From Candidatus Micrarchaeota archaeon (GTDB lineage: Archaea; Micrarchaeota; Micrarchaeia; Anstonellales; Anstonellaceae), in NCBI GenBank assembly GCA_964581105.1, contig CAZOMB010000003.1, forward strand, positions 4,421 through 68,420: a stretch of DNA of 64,000 nucleotides, read 5' to 3'. This document shows, piece by piece, positions 55,940 through 64,000 of the stretch (positions are counted from its first letter, which is position 1; every line of letters starts with the position of its first letter). The notes beneath the pieces are model-generated. The model worked only from the letters and a program-made list of their open reading frames with translations. It did no database searches and was not told the origin of the DNA. Both the position numbers and the translations under genes were made by a program.

Positions 55940-58096
55940 TTAGCGGTACATTGAGTTTGCCTCGCCCTTGGCAAACTTCTTTATTTTCTCAACATATGCC
56001 TTTGTAATTGAAGGCTTTACGCTCCTTAATGACTCTTCAAAGTCCTGCTGCTCTACTTTGTCTGCCTTTTCACCCCTTCTTATTGTAGCCATGCCAGCTT
56101 CCCTGCAAACGTTTTCTATGTCAGCGCCAGTATAGCCTTCAGTCCTTTTTGAAAGCTCTTTTAGGTCAATTCCCTTTGCAAGCGGCATGTTCTTTGTGTG
56201 TATTTTGAATATCTCTGTCCTTGTCTTTTCGTCAGGCGGGGGAATTTCAATTACCCTGTCAAACCTTCCTCCCCTCATTAAGGCAGGGTCAAGTATGTCT
56301 GGCCTGTTTGTCGCTGCAATTACAACCACATTTTTCAGGCCAGTAAGACCATCCATCTCAGTAAGCAAAGTGTCAACAACCCTTTCAGCAACCCTGTTTC
56401 CCTCATTCCCTATTTCCCTGTGCGGGGCAATGGAATCCAACTCATCAATAAATACAACGCATGGGGTTGCCATCCTTGCCTTTCTGAACATTTCGCGCAC
56501 TGCCTTTTCAGATTCTCCAACCCATTTTGAAAGAACTTCTGGCCCTTTTATTGAGATAAAGTTTGCCTCTGTTTCAGTTGCAACAGCTTTTGCAAACAAT
56601 GTCTTTCCTGTGCCAGGAAGACCGACAAGCAAAATTCCTTTTACTGGCCTTATTCCCATTTTTGAGAATACTTCAGGCTTTTTCAAGGGAAGCTCAACAG
56701 CCTCTTTTAGCTCCTGCTTTACCTTTCCTAGGCCTCCGATGTCCTCCCATTTGACATTTGGCCTTTCAACAAACACTTCACGAAGCGCAGAGGGCCGAAT
56801 TTCCCTTAATGCATTCATGAAATCTTCTTTTGTGACCTGCAGGCCGTCAAGTATTTCAGGCGGTATAAACTCCTGCTCAAGGTCTATTTTTGGCAATATT
56901 CTCCTCAAGACTTTCATTGCAGCCTCTTTTGTGAGTGAGGAAATATCTGCGCCAGTATAGCCATGCGTTATTGAGGCAATCCTGTCCAAATCAATGTCTT
57001 TTGAAAGCGGCATGCTCCTTGTGTGAATCTGCAGTATTTCCTTTCTTCCCTTCCTGTCAGGCACTCCAAGCTCAACTTCCCTGTCAAACCTTCCTGGCCT
57101 TCTCAAAGCAGGGTCTATTGAGTTTTCCCTGTTGGTTGCCCCTATAACTATGACCTTTCCCCTTGTCTTCAGGCCATCAAGAAGAGTGAGAAGCTGGGAC
57201 ACCATTCTCCTTTCAACCTCTCCGGTCACTTCCTCCCTTTTTGGGGCAATTGCGTCAATCTCATCCATAAATATTATTGAAGGCGCATTTTCCTCTGCAT
57301 CCTTGAAAAGCTGCCTAAGCTTTTCTTCTGACTCCCCAACAAATTTTGAAACAAGCTCTGGGCCTCCTATATGAACAAAATTGGCGTCACTTTCAGAGGC
57401 AACTGCCTTTGCAAGCAAAGTCTTTCCAGTTCCAGGTGGGCCGTAAATAAGCACTCCTTTTGGGGCCTCTATCCCCAGCCTTTCAAAAAGCTCTGGGTGG
57501 CGCAAAGGAAGCTCAACCATTTCCCTTATCTTCTGTACTTCGTCTTTAAGCCCCCCAATATCCTCATATGAGATTGCCTGCACTTGCACAGTCTCCTTTT
57601 CAGGGGCCTCTTTGAGAACAAGGTCTGTGTTCTCATTTATCATGACTATTCCTGCAGGCTGCACAAGTGCTGCAACAAGGGGAAATGAAGTGCCAAATAC
57701 CCCAATGTATATTGTGTCTCCCCTGTTCAGTGCCCTGCCAATCATCTTCTTTTTCACAAACTGGTCAAACCCTGGTGAATATTTCATTGGCTGTGTAGGG
57801 GCAAGCACTACCTTTTTTGCCTCTTTTAAGGCGGCCTTTTTTACAATGATTTTGTCCCCAAGCGCAACCCCGGTATTTTGGCGCAAATAGCCATCCATCC
57901 TTATGATGCTCAGGCCCTCATCCTGGGGGTGTGCCTGCCAAACAAGGGCTGCTGTGCTTCTTTTTCCCTTTAGCTCAACTATGTCTCCTGTTGACACATC
58001 AAGCTGCTTTCTTGCTTTTGAGTCTATTCTTACCAAGCCCCTGCCAACGTCATTTTGCAGGGCCTCTGCCACTTTTAGGTCTATTGATTTTGCCAT
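55940..58096 (-). CDS. cdc48: CDC48/VAT AAA+ ATPase
   Basis: N-domain plus two AAA modules ([16 protein letters not shown]); C-terminal MYR. Confidence 0.97.
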   Translation of the reverse strand: MAKSIDLKVAEALQNDVGRGLVRIDSKARKQLDVSTGDIVELKGKRSTAALVWQAHPQDEGLSIIRMDGYLRQNTGVALGDKIIVKKAALKEAKKVVLAPTQPMKYSPGFDQFVKKKMIGRALNRGDTIYIGVFGTSFPLVAALVQPAGIVMINENTDLVLKEAPEKETVQVQAISYEDIGGLKDEVQKIREMVELPLRHPELFERLGIEAPKGVLIYGPPGTGKTLLAKAVASESDANFVHIGGPELVSKFVGESEEKLRQLFKDAEENAPSIIFMDEIDAIAPKREEVTGEVERRMVSQLLTLLDGLKTRGKVIVIGATNRENSIDPALRRPGRFDREVELGVPDRKGRKEILQIHTRSMPLSKDIDLDRIASITHGYTGADISSLTKEAAMKVLRRILPKIDLEQEFIPPEILDGLQVTKEDFMNALREIRPSALREVFVERPNVKWEDIGGLGKVKQELKEAVELPLKKPEVFSKMGIRPVKGILLVGLPGTGKTLFAKAVATETEANFISIKGPEVLSKWVGESEKAVREMFRKARMATPCVVFIDELDSIAPHREIGNEGNRVAERVVDTLLTEMDGLTGLKNVVVIAATNRPDILDPALMRGGRFDRVIEIPPPDEKTRTEIFKIHTKNMPLAKGIDLKELSKRTEGYTGADIENVCREAGMATIRRGEKADKVEQQDFEESLRSVKPSITKAYVEKIKKFAKGEANSMYR

Positions 58097-58241
58097 AGGA
58101 TTACCTTGTGCTCCCTTTCCTAAAAATGCCTCAAAAGCTTATAAATGAGCTTGGTTGTGCCCTGATTAACCCCTTATATGTGTAAGAAGGTGGCAAAAGG
58201 TATAAAAACAGTTGCAATAACATAAATTCAAAGGTGGGTAA

Positions 58242-58718
58242 ATGCAAAATTCATTGGTAACAGAATCACAGCTTCAGAAGCTTGAAGAGGGTGGCGACAT
58301 TAAGTCCCTTTTAGAGCTTATTAACAAAAGTGGGATGTTGAAAAAGGTCAATAGCTATCTTCCTGGCGCTGTCTTTTCCGCAATAAATGAAAAGGGTATT
58401 TCCCAGCTCGAGGCTTTTGTTTCGTTTGCTACTCGCAGGAAGCGCATAAGCAGGGACTGTTTTGCAAACATAATTTTCAATCTAAATGGGTTAAGGAAAA
58501 ATCCTGTAAAGAGCATGGCCAGTGTTAATTCCCTTGCATCAGGCTATTATAGTGAGCTCAGAGAATCAACAGTCAATATAGTAGAAGAGCAGATCACTGC
58601 AATAAAACTTAAAAAATATGGAAAAACGCAAGGGGAAAAAGAAATTCCAAGTGCTTTGAGGAGCACTAGCCTTAAGGGGAGCTCATCAAAAACAGTGAAA
58701 AGATTCAACCTAATCTAA
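58242..58718 (+). CDS. Hypothetical protein
   Basis: TATA-like and AGGTG upstream. Confidence 0.6.
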   Translation: MQNSLVTESQLQKLEEGGDIKSLLELINKSGMLKKVNSYLPGAVFSAINEKGISQLEAFVSFATRRKRISRDCFANIIFNLNGLRKNPVKSMASVNSLASGYYSELRESTVNIVEEQITAIKLKKYGKTQGEKEIPSALRSTSLKGSSSKTVKRFNLI

Positions 58719-58817
58719 AATTCCTCAAGCTTTGGACTAAGATTTTCTATCTACACATTATGCTCTAAATAACCACATCCTTTATATGTGTTTTGTTTCA
58801 TATCAGAATAGATATTT

Positions 58818-59333
58818 ATGGAGAAAACACATGATAGCCCACAGGGTCAAGAGTACAAGGCTGAAATAGGTCAAATACTGGACGAGTTAAGGAAAATGTG
58901 GAGGGGGGATGAAGAAGTAAAACTGTCATTGCGAAAAAAGCTAATAGAAGCTGTTGATAAAGCAAAAGAGCAAAGGAATGAAGATGAACTTAAACAGCTT
59001 AAGGGCCTTCCGCCAGCAATTAATAACGACTGCCTTGAAAATATAATTGAAATTCTTGGCCAAACCAAAGAGGGCTTTAGTAATGCATCGACTAAAAATT
59101 CGAAAAGATTATTTGGGCGCAAAGGCTTGTTGGAGCTTTTGGAAAAAAAACGAGATACAGCTATTAGGTTAATCAGAAACAATGAGTCTTTTGATGAAAA
59201 ATTTATTGGATCAGAAACACTGAAGAAAAAAGGCACCACTCCCTGGAGCATGTGGACAAGGAAAAAGAAAGATCCAGCAACAGAACCAATTGATATCACT
59301 CCAGCAAAAACTCCAAGGGCAAGAATCATCTAA
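58818..59333 (+). CDS. Hypothetical protein
   Basis: TTTATAT box upstream; 171 aa. Confidence 0.6.
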   Translation: MEKTHDSPQGQEYKAEIGQILDELRKMWRGDEEVKLSLRKKLIEAVDKAKEQRNEDELKQLKGLPPAINNDCLENIIEILGQTKEGFSNASTKNSKRLFGRKGLLELLEKKRDTAIRLIRNNESFDEKFIGSETLKKKGTTPWSMWTRKKKDPATEPIDITPAKTPRARII

Positions 59334-60577
59334 AATTCCTCAAGCTTTTTCTGTCCCATCCCTATTTTTCTCTCATTTTTGCCAAAGATTATTATTTTCC
59401 CAAACTCTCCGTCAAAGCCAGCAACTTTTTTCACCCTTCCCTGCTCAACCCTTGCTATTGCCTCTGCTATTCTGCTGCCTGCTGCCTTTTCCAATTCTTT
59501 TGGCTTTGCATGGAGAACTGCAAACTCATTGCCAAAATGCTTTATCAGGGGAAAGTAAGCTTCAGTCACAGTTTTTGTTGCAGGCTTTTTGCCAAAAGCC
59601 TCCCCAAGTATCTCTTTTAATGGCACCAATGACTCATATGGCACTGCTCCCTTTGGCACAAACCCCTCTTTTCTGTCTGCAAGCTTCTCAACCCTGTTCA
59701 TTACCCCTACAGTGACTGGCTTTTTGCAAACAGGGCATATTCCTTTGTGCTTTTTTGTCTGCTCAGGCGAAAAGCTTATTTTGCAGTTCCTGTGCCCGTC
59801 ATAATGGTATTTTCCCTCTTCTGGGTAAAACTCATAAGTGCAAATGAGCTTTTTCTTTTCCTTATGCTTGATTGCCTCATAAAGCCCATCATAAGTGGGC
59901 CTTTCCAAATTGAAAACATTTGCCTCCCTGCCTATTTTCTCAGGCGAATGCGCATCTGAGTTTGAAATTAATTGCAGCCTGTCCAAAGAAGAAAGCCTCC
60001 AGTTCATCCCTGGGTCGCTGGATAAGCCTGTTTCTATTGCATATATTTTTTTCTCATATTCTCCAAAGCACTCTTTTAGTGAATCAAAGCCAGACTTTGA
60101 GCCTAAAACACCAAACCAGGGCGTCCATGCATGCGCAGGTATTACTAGGTTTTTGTCAGAAATTTCAAGCACAATCTCAGCAATCTCAATGCAGCTCATT
60201 CCTACAATTGGCCTGCCATCAGAGCCAAGGTTGCATTTTTTCCTCACAAGGGCGTCATTTATCTGCTTTGCTGTCTCAATCGACGGGCAAAGGACAACCA
60301 GATGAACCCTTCTTCCTCTTCCCCCTTGCGTATAAATGCAGCTTATTTCAGCTGAAAGCACAAAATTAGTTCCATCATACTGCAAAAACCCAGAGTCAGA
60401 CTCAATTGCCTTTGACTCAATTTCAGAAAGCCAGTCTGGGTGCGTAAAGTCGCCTGTTCCCAAAAGGTCAATTCCCTTTATTTTTGCCCATTTGCTCAAA
60501 GTCTCAAGCTCCATTCCCTTGCTTGTTGCTCTTGAGTACTTTGAGTGCATGTGCAAGTCTGCAACTAGCTTTGCCAT
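59330..60577 (-). CDS. Endonuclease Q family (PHP domain) protein
   Basis: DLHMHSKYS, GTGDFTHP, AHAWTPW, ETGLSSD, NSDAHS, GKYH; PIP-like QKKLEEF. Confidence 0.9.
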   Translation of the reverse strand: MAKLVADLHMHSKYSRATSKGMELETLSKWAKIKGIDLLGTGDFTHPDWLSEIESKAIESDSGFLQYDGTNFVLSAEISCIYTQGGRGRRVHLVVLCPSIETAKQINDALVRKKCNLGSDGRPIVGMSCIEIAEIVLEISDKNLVIPAHAWTPWFGVLGSKSGFDSLKECFGEYEKKIYAIETGLSSDPGMNWRLSSLDRLQLISNSDAHSPEKIGREANVFNLERPTYDGLYEAIKHKEKKKLICTYEFYPEEGKYHYDGHRNCKISFSPEQTKKHKGICPVCKKPVTVGVMNRVEKLADRKEGFVPKGAVPYESLVPLKEILGEAFGKKPATKTVTEAYFPLIKHFGNEFAVLHAKPKELEKAAGSRIAEAIARVEQGRVKKVAGFDGEFGKIIIFGKNERKIGMGQKKLEEF

Positions 60578-60637
60578 TTTCCTCCCGCTCAAAATTCGCC
60601 CTTCAAGGTATTAAAACTTGCCTTTAACATATTTGTT

Positions 60638-61726
60638 ATGAACATATTCAGCAAAGGCTCATCTGAAAACAGGATACTAAAAGACGAATCATTGCTTTTG
60701 CCTGATTTTGTGCCGCAAGAGCTTCCAGAAAGGGAAAAAGAGATAAAAGAGCTGGTATTTTGCCTCTCGCCAGCAGCAGAAAACCGCCAGCCAGAGCATG
60801 CATTGTTGTATGGCCCTCCTGGCACAGGCAAAACCTCATGCGCCCGCTATGTGCTAAAGCAGCTGTCTGAATACTCGCAGAGGCCGCTGCCGATTTACAT
60901 AAACTGCTGGGAAAAGCAGACCAGGTTTTCAATTTTCAGCTATTTGGCATTGCAGCTTGGGGAGGCAATGCCAAGAAGGGGATTGGCAGCAGACGAGCTA
61001 TTTTCCCGCATAGTTGAAATAGCAAAAAAAGAGGGAAAAATTCTGATAGTTGTTTTGGATGAGGTGGATAGATTGGAAGCACAGTCTGAAGGAGTGCAAG
61101 TGCTTTATGACCTTTGCAGGGCAGGAGAAGTTCATTCACTAAGGACAGGGGTAGTTGCAATCACAAATGACGAGGAGTTTCACACAAGGCTTGATTCACG
61201 CGTCCGCTCGTCCTTTGTCCAGCACACCCAAAAATTCTCTTCCTATTCGTCAGTGCAGCTAAAGCAAATACTCTCAAGAAGGGCAAAACCAGCCTTTTTC
61301 CCAGATGTACTTGACCAAGAAGTGATTCCCCTTTGCTCTGCAATTGCCCTGAAAAAAGGAGGCGACGCAAGAGTAGGGCTTTCGCTTCTTTTGTCAGCAG
61401 CAAAAGCAGCTGAAAGGCAAAACTCGCAAAAAGTGCTCATAAAGCATATCCGCCAAGTGCAGGGTCAGTCTGTTGAAGCATCAGCAGTAAAAGCACAAAG
61501 AAAGCTTGATGATTTGGATGAGCTTGACAGAATGATAATACAGAATGTTAAAAAAGCAGGCAAAAAAGGCATTGAGTCTGGAAAGCTTTATTCCCTTCTT
61601 TCAAAATTCTCAAAGCAAAGGGCATTGAGAAAAAGGGTGGACAGGCTTGAAAAAACAGGGCTTTTAGCTGCAGATGAAATACAGCTCAAAAAAGGAAGAA
61701 GCAGAATGATTAGGCTGAAAGAGTAG
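60638..61726 (+). CDS. cdc6: Orc1/Cdc6 replication initiator family protein
   Basis: [34 protein letters not shown]-terminal wHTH. Confidence 0.9.
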   Translation: MNIFSKGSSENRILKDESLLLPDFVPQELPEREKEIKELVFCLSPAAENRQPEHALLYGPPGTGKTSCARYVLKQLSEYSQRPLPIYINCWEKQTRFSIFSYLALQLGEAMPRRGLAADELFSRIVEIAKKEGKILIVVLDEVDRLEAQSEGVQVLYDLCRAGEVHSLRTGVVAITNDEEFHTRLDSRVRSSFVQHTQKFSSYSSVQLKQILSRRAKPAFFPDVLDQEVIPLCSAIALKKGGDARVGLSLLLSAAKAAERQNSQKVLIKHIRQVQGQSVEASAVKAQRKLDDLDELDRMIIQNVKKAGKKGIESGKLYSLLSKFSKQRALRKRVDRLEKTGLLAADEIQLKKGRSRMIRLKE

Positions 61727-62927
61727 CTATTGCTTCTTTTATAGAAACCAATTCTTCTTTTCCACTCTTCAAATTGCGCAGAGTAAGCTTGTTCTGTTTC
61801 TTTTCCCTTTCTCCTACTATTGCTGCGAATTTACATGAGCTAGAGGCATAGTCAAGCTGCTTTTTCAAATTCCTTCCATTTAGATCAGTTTGTGCTGCAA
61901 TGCCTTTTTCCCACAGCTTTCCTGCTATTTGCAAAGCATAGGCATAAAATTCTGGCTTTGCGCATGCAACAAATACTCCTGAAGGCTCAAGCTTTTTTCC
62001 CTTCATCAGAACAAGAAGCCTTTCAAGCCCTAATGAAATTCCTGTTGCTGTGTCTTTTTGCCCATAAATAGAAAGAAGCTGGTCATATCTTCCTCCCCCT
62101 CCAACGCTTCCCATCTGCTTCCCAAGGGATATTTCAAATATTGGGCCAGTGTAATAATCTAATCCTCTGACAAGCGAAAAATCAAGCTCAACTTTTATTG
62201 CCTTTGTATAATTTGGCAAAATTGAAAGTATTTCTTCAAGGTCTTTTGCAGCTTCAGGTGAATATGATTTGGCGGTTTTAATGTCTGCTTTTGAAATCTC
62301 TGAAAGCAGCTTTTTTGCATCTTCCTTTTTTGCCCCGAGCTTCACAAGCCCATCAATTGCAGCCTCATTTCCTATTTTTTCCCTTTTGTCAAGTATTCTA
62401 AGCACAGGAGTTTCTTTTCCTGGCAAAAGCCCCTTTGCAATTGCTGAGATTATCCTCCGGTCATTAAGCAGCACTTTTGCGCCTGAAAAGCCAAGAGCAG
62501 AAATTGCCTCGCAGGCACAGGCAATCAATTCAGCCTCTGCCCTCATTGTTGAACAGCCTATTATGTCTGCGTCTGCCTGAAAAAATTCCCTGAATCTTCC
62601 TTTTTGCGGCTCTTCCCTTCTCCAAACAGGGCCTATGCAATAGCGCTTCAATGGCTTTCTAAAAGTATTTGATGAAGCCACCCTTGCAAGAGGCACAGTC
62701 AAATCAAAGCGAAGTGCCAGCTTTCCATCATCTATCCTGTAAAGCTGGCCAGCTATCTCATCCCCGCATTTTTTCTCAAGAACATTAAGCGTTTCAAGGG
62801 CAGGCGAATCCATTGGCACAAAGCCGAATTTTTTGTAAACCTTTTTTATTTTGTCAATTGCCCATTCGCGAAGTTGCATTTCATCTGGCAAAAAGTCGCG
62901 CATTCCCTTTGGAGCACAATAGTCCAT
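61710..62927 (-). CDS. hisS: Histidyl-tRNA synthetase
   Basis: PKGMRDF, LRFDLT, GRFREF.Q.D.D, RGLDYYTG, GGGRYD. Confidence 0.97.
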   Translation of the reverse strand: MDYCAPKGMRDFLPDEMQLREWAIDKIKKVYKKFGFVPMDSPALETLNVLEKKCGDEIAGQLYRIDDGKLALRFDLTVPLARVASSNTFRKPLKRYCIGPVWRREEPQKGRFREFFQADADIIGCSTMRAEAELIACACEAISALGFSGAKVLLNDRRIISAIAKGLLPGKETPVLRILDKREKIGNEAAIDGLVKLGAKKEDAKKLLSEISKADIKTAKSYSPEAAKDLEEILSILPNYTKAIKVELDFSLVRGLDYYTGPIFEISLGKQMGSVGGGGRYDQLLSIYGQKDTATGISLGLERLLVLMKGKKLEPSGVFVACAKPEFYAYALQIAGKLWEKGIAAQTDLNGRNLKKQLDYASSSCKFAAIVGEREKKQNKLTLRNLKSGKEELVSIKEAIATLSA

Positions 62928-62931
62928 TTTT

Positions 62932-63246
62932 TCAGCCCTTTATGCTGGAGGTTATCCAATCCTTGAGAGTCTCCTTTGTGGCAGCACCTACCCTGTTTGC
63001 AATTATCTGCCCGTCCTTTATGAGAAGCAGGGTAGGAATGCTTGAAATCTGGTATTTTTCAGAAAGCTTTGGCTGCTCGTCAACATTGACCCTGCCTATT
63101 TTTACCTTTCCATCCATTTCCTGTGAAAGCGCGTCAAGCACAGGGGTGAGCATCCTGCAAGGCCCGCACCATGGAGCCCAAAAGTCAACGAGAGTCACGC
63201 CTGTTTTTGCCTCTTTTTCAAAGTTCTCTTCTGTGAGTGTCACCAT
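62932..63246 (-). CDS. trxA: Thioredoxin
   Basis: WAPWCGPC, SIPT. Confidence 0.95.
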   Translation of the reverse strand: MVTLTEENFEKEAKTGVTLVDFWAPWCGPCRMLTPVLDALSQEMDGKVKIGRVNVDEQPKLSEKYQISSIPTLLLIKDGQIIANRVGAATKETLKDWITSSIKG

Positions 63247-63295
63247 GTCAGCCACCTCTTGCAATTACATTAAAGGCAAACTAATTAAACCCTTT

Positions 63296-63787
63296 TTACT
63301 CTTGGCCAAAGTAGCTCTTGAATTTCGGGGTTGTTGTAATTGCTTTGCTCCTGCCTGATTTTTTCTGTGAAACAAAGCCTTTTTCAGTAAGCTCAGAAAC
63401 GTCCTTGTAAATTGTGCTTCCAAGCCTTTTGCAAAGCTGGGACTTTAGTATTCCCTCATTTTTCGAAATATAGGCAAGTGTTCGAAGGGAATGCTTTGAG
63501 ATTTCTGCAGCCTGGGCAAAGTCTTTCACATAATTTACATACTCTTGGCGTAATCTCATGTAATACTTGCCGCCTTCTTCTGCAACCTCAATTGAGCTTC
63601 CCCCCCTCTCATAAGCATCCTGCACTTCTTTTACCTTTTGCGCAACAAAGCCTGGCGCTGCAACCTTTATCAGCTTGCCAAGCTCGCCCAAAGAAAGGGG
63701 CCTGCTGCTCATGAAAAGCGCAGCCTCTATTATTTTTTCATGCTCTTCTGGACCCATAAAATCACTTTTTCTTCTTCCTCTTCCCAT
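63296..63787 (-). CDS. scpB: SMC-ScpAB complex subunit ScpB
   Basis: IEAALF, TLAYI, TT.KF.SYFG. Confidence 0.9.
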   Translation of the reverse strand: MGRGRRKSDFMGPEEHEKIIEAALFMSSRPLSLGELGKLIKVAAPGFVAQKVKEVQDAYERGGSSIEVAEEGGKYYMRLRQEYVNYVKDFAQAAEISKHSLRTLAYISKNEGILKSQLCKRLGSTIYKDVSELTEKGFVSQKKSGRSKAITTTPKFKSYFGQE

Positions 63788-64000
63788 TTTCCTCGCGCAC
63801 CCTTATGAATATTTCGCCAAAGAACTTTTCCTGGAATATTGAAAGCTTGCTGTCCTGTACCAGGTGCAGCACTGGCACCAAGGTTCCAATTATCTCCTCA
63901 GCGCCCTTTTTCCTCAAAATGCTTGAAAACGTGGCAAGCCCCTCTGAGTCGCTCTCAGAAACGACCCTTTCATAAACTTCTGCCATCCTCTGCTCTATGT
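63762..64000 (-). CDS. scpA: ScpA kleisin, C-terminal part (truncated by window)
   Basis: TFSSIL...LVPVLHL...QEKFFGEIFI, directly upstream of scpB. Confidence 0.85.
   Translation of the reverse strand, partial: IEQRMAEVYERVVSESDSEGLATFSSILRKKGAEEIIGTLVPVLHLVQDSKLSIFQEKFFGEIFIRVREENGKRKKKK

Noticed and set aside
42040..58096. Inteins in rfcS, ileS or cdc48
   Set aside because: Lengths are normal and there are no intein terminal motifs
60578..60637. Replication origin next to cdc6
   Set aside because: The intergenic region is only about 60 bp and no ORB/G-string repeats are visible

Overview
64 kb of an archaeal chromosome with small-genome (DPANN-like) organisation. The gene content and the class III signal-peptide pilins suggest Micrarchaeota, which is an inference and not a database result. 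Most of the window is housekeeping genes (histone, Hef, Sm, thyX, dnaG, hjc, ABCE1, pelota, rfcS, ileS, eno, trm1, bud32, cdc48, cdc6, hisS, trxA, scpAB), with scattered orphan genes, a shuffled pilin/subtilase surface cluster and a NifX/MinD-ferredoxin operon. The main signal is in regions the ORF track misses. (1) Five of the six tRNA genes are split by nine bulge-helix-bulge (BHB) introns at positions 15/16, 37/38, 58/59 and 59/60; tRNA-Met alone has three. (2) Five of these introns, in three tRNAs, are mosaics of the same interchangeable sequence modules. (3) A 30-nt BHB intron with an in-frame stop interrupts the protein-coding gene for ribosomal protein eL41 (54301-54444, minus strand), which implies mRNA splicing by the tRNA endonuclease. 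(4) Several direct-inverted-direct micro-insertions of 50-95 bp may show how such hairpin inserts arise. Also present are RNase P RNA, a standalone C/D box sRNA, an AroA-fold protein lacking its catalytic motifs, and an enolase that seems to need an ACG start. All assignments come from reading motifs by eye; no searches or folding programs were run.
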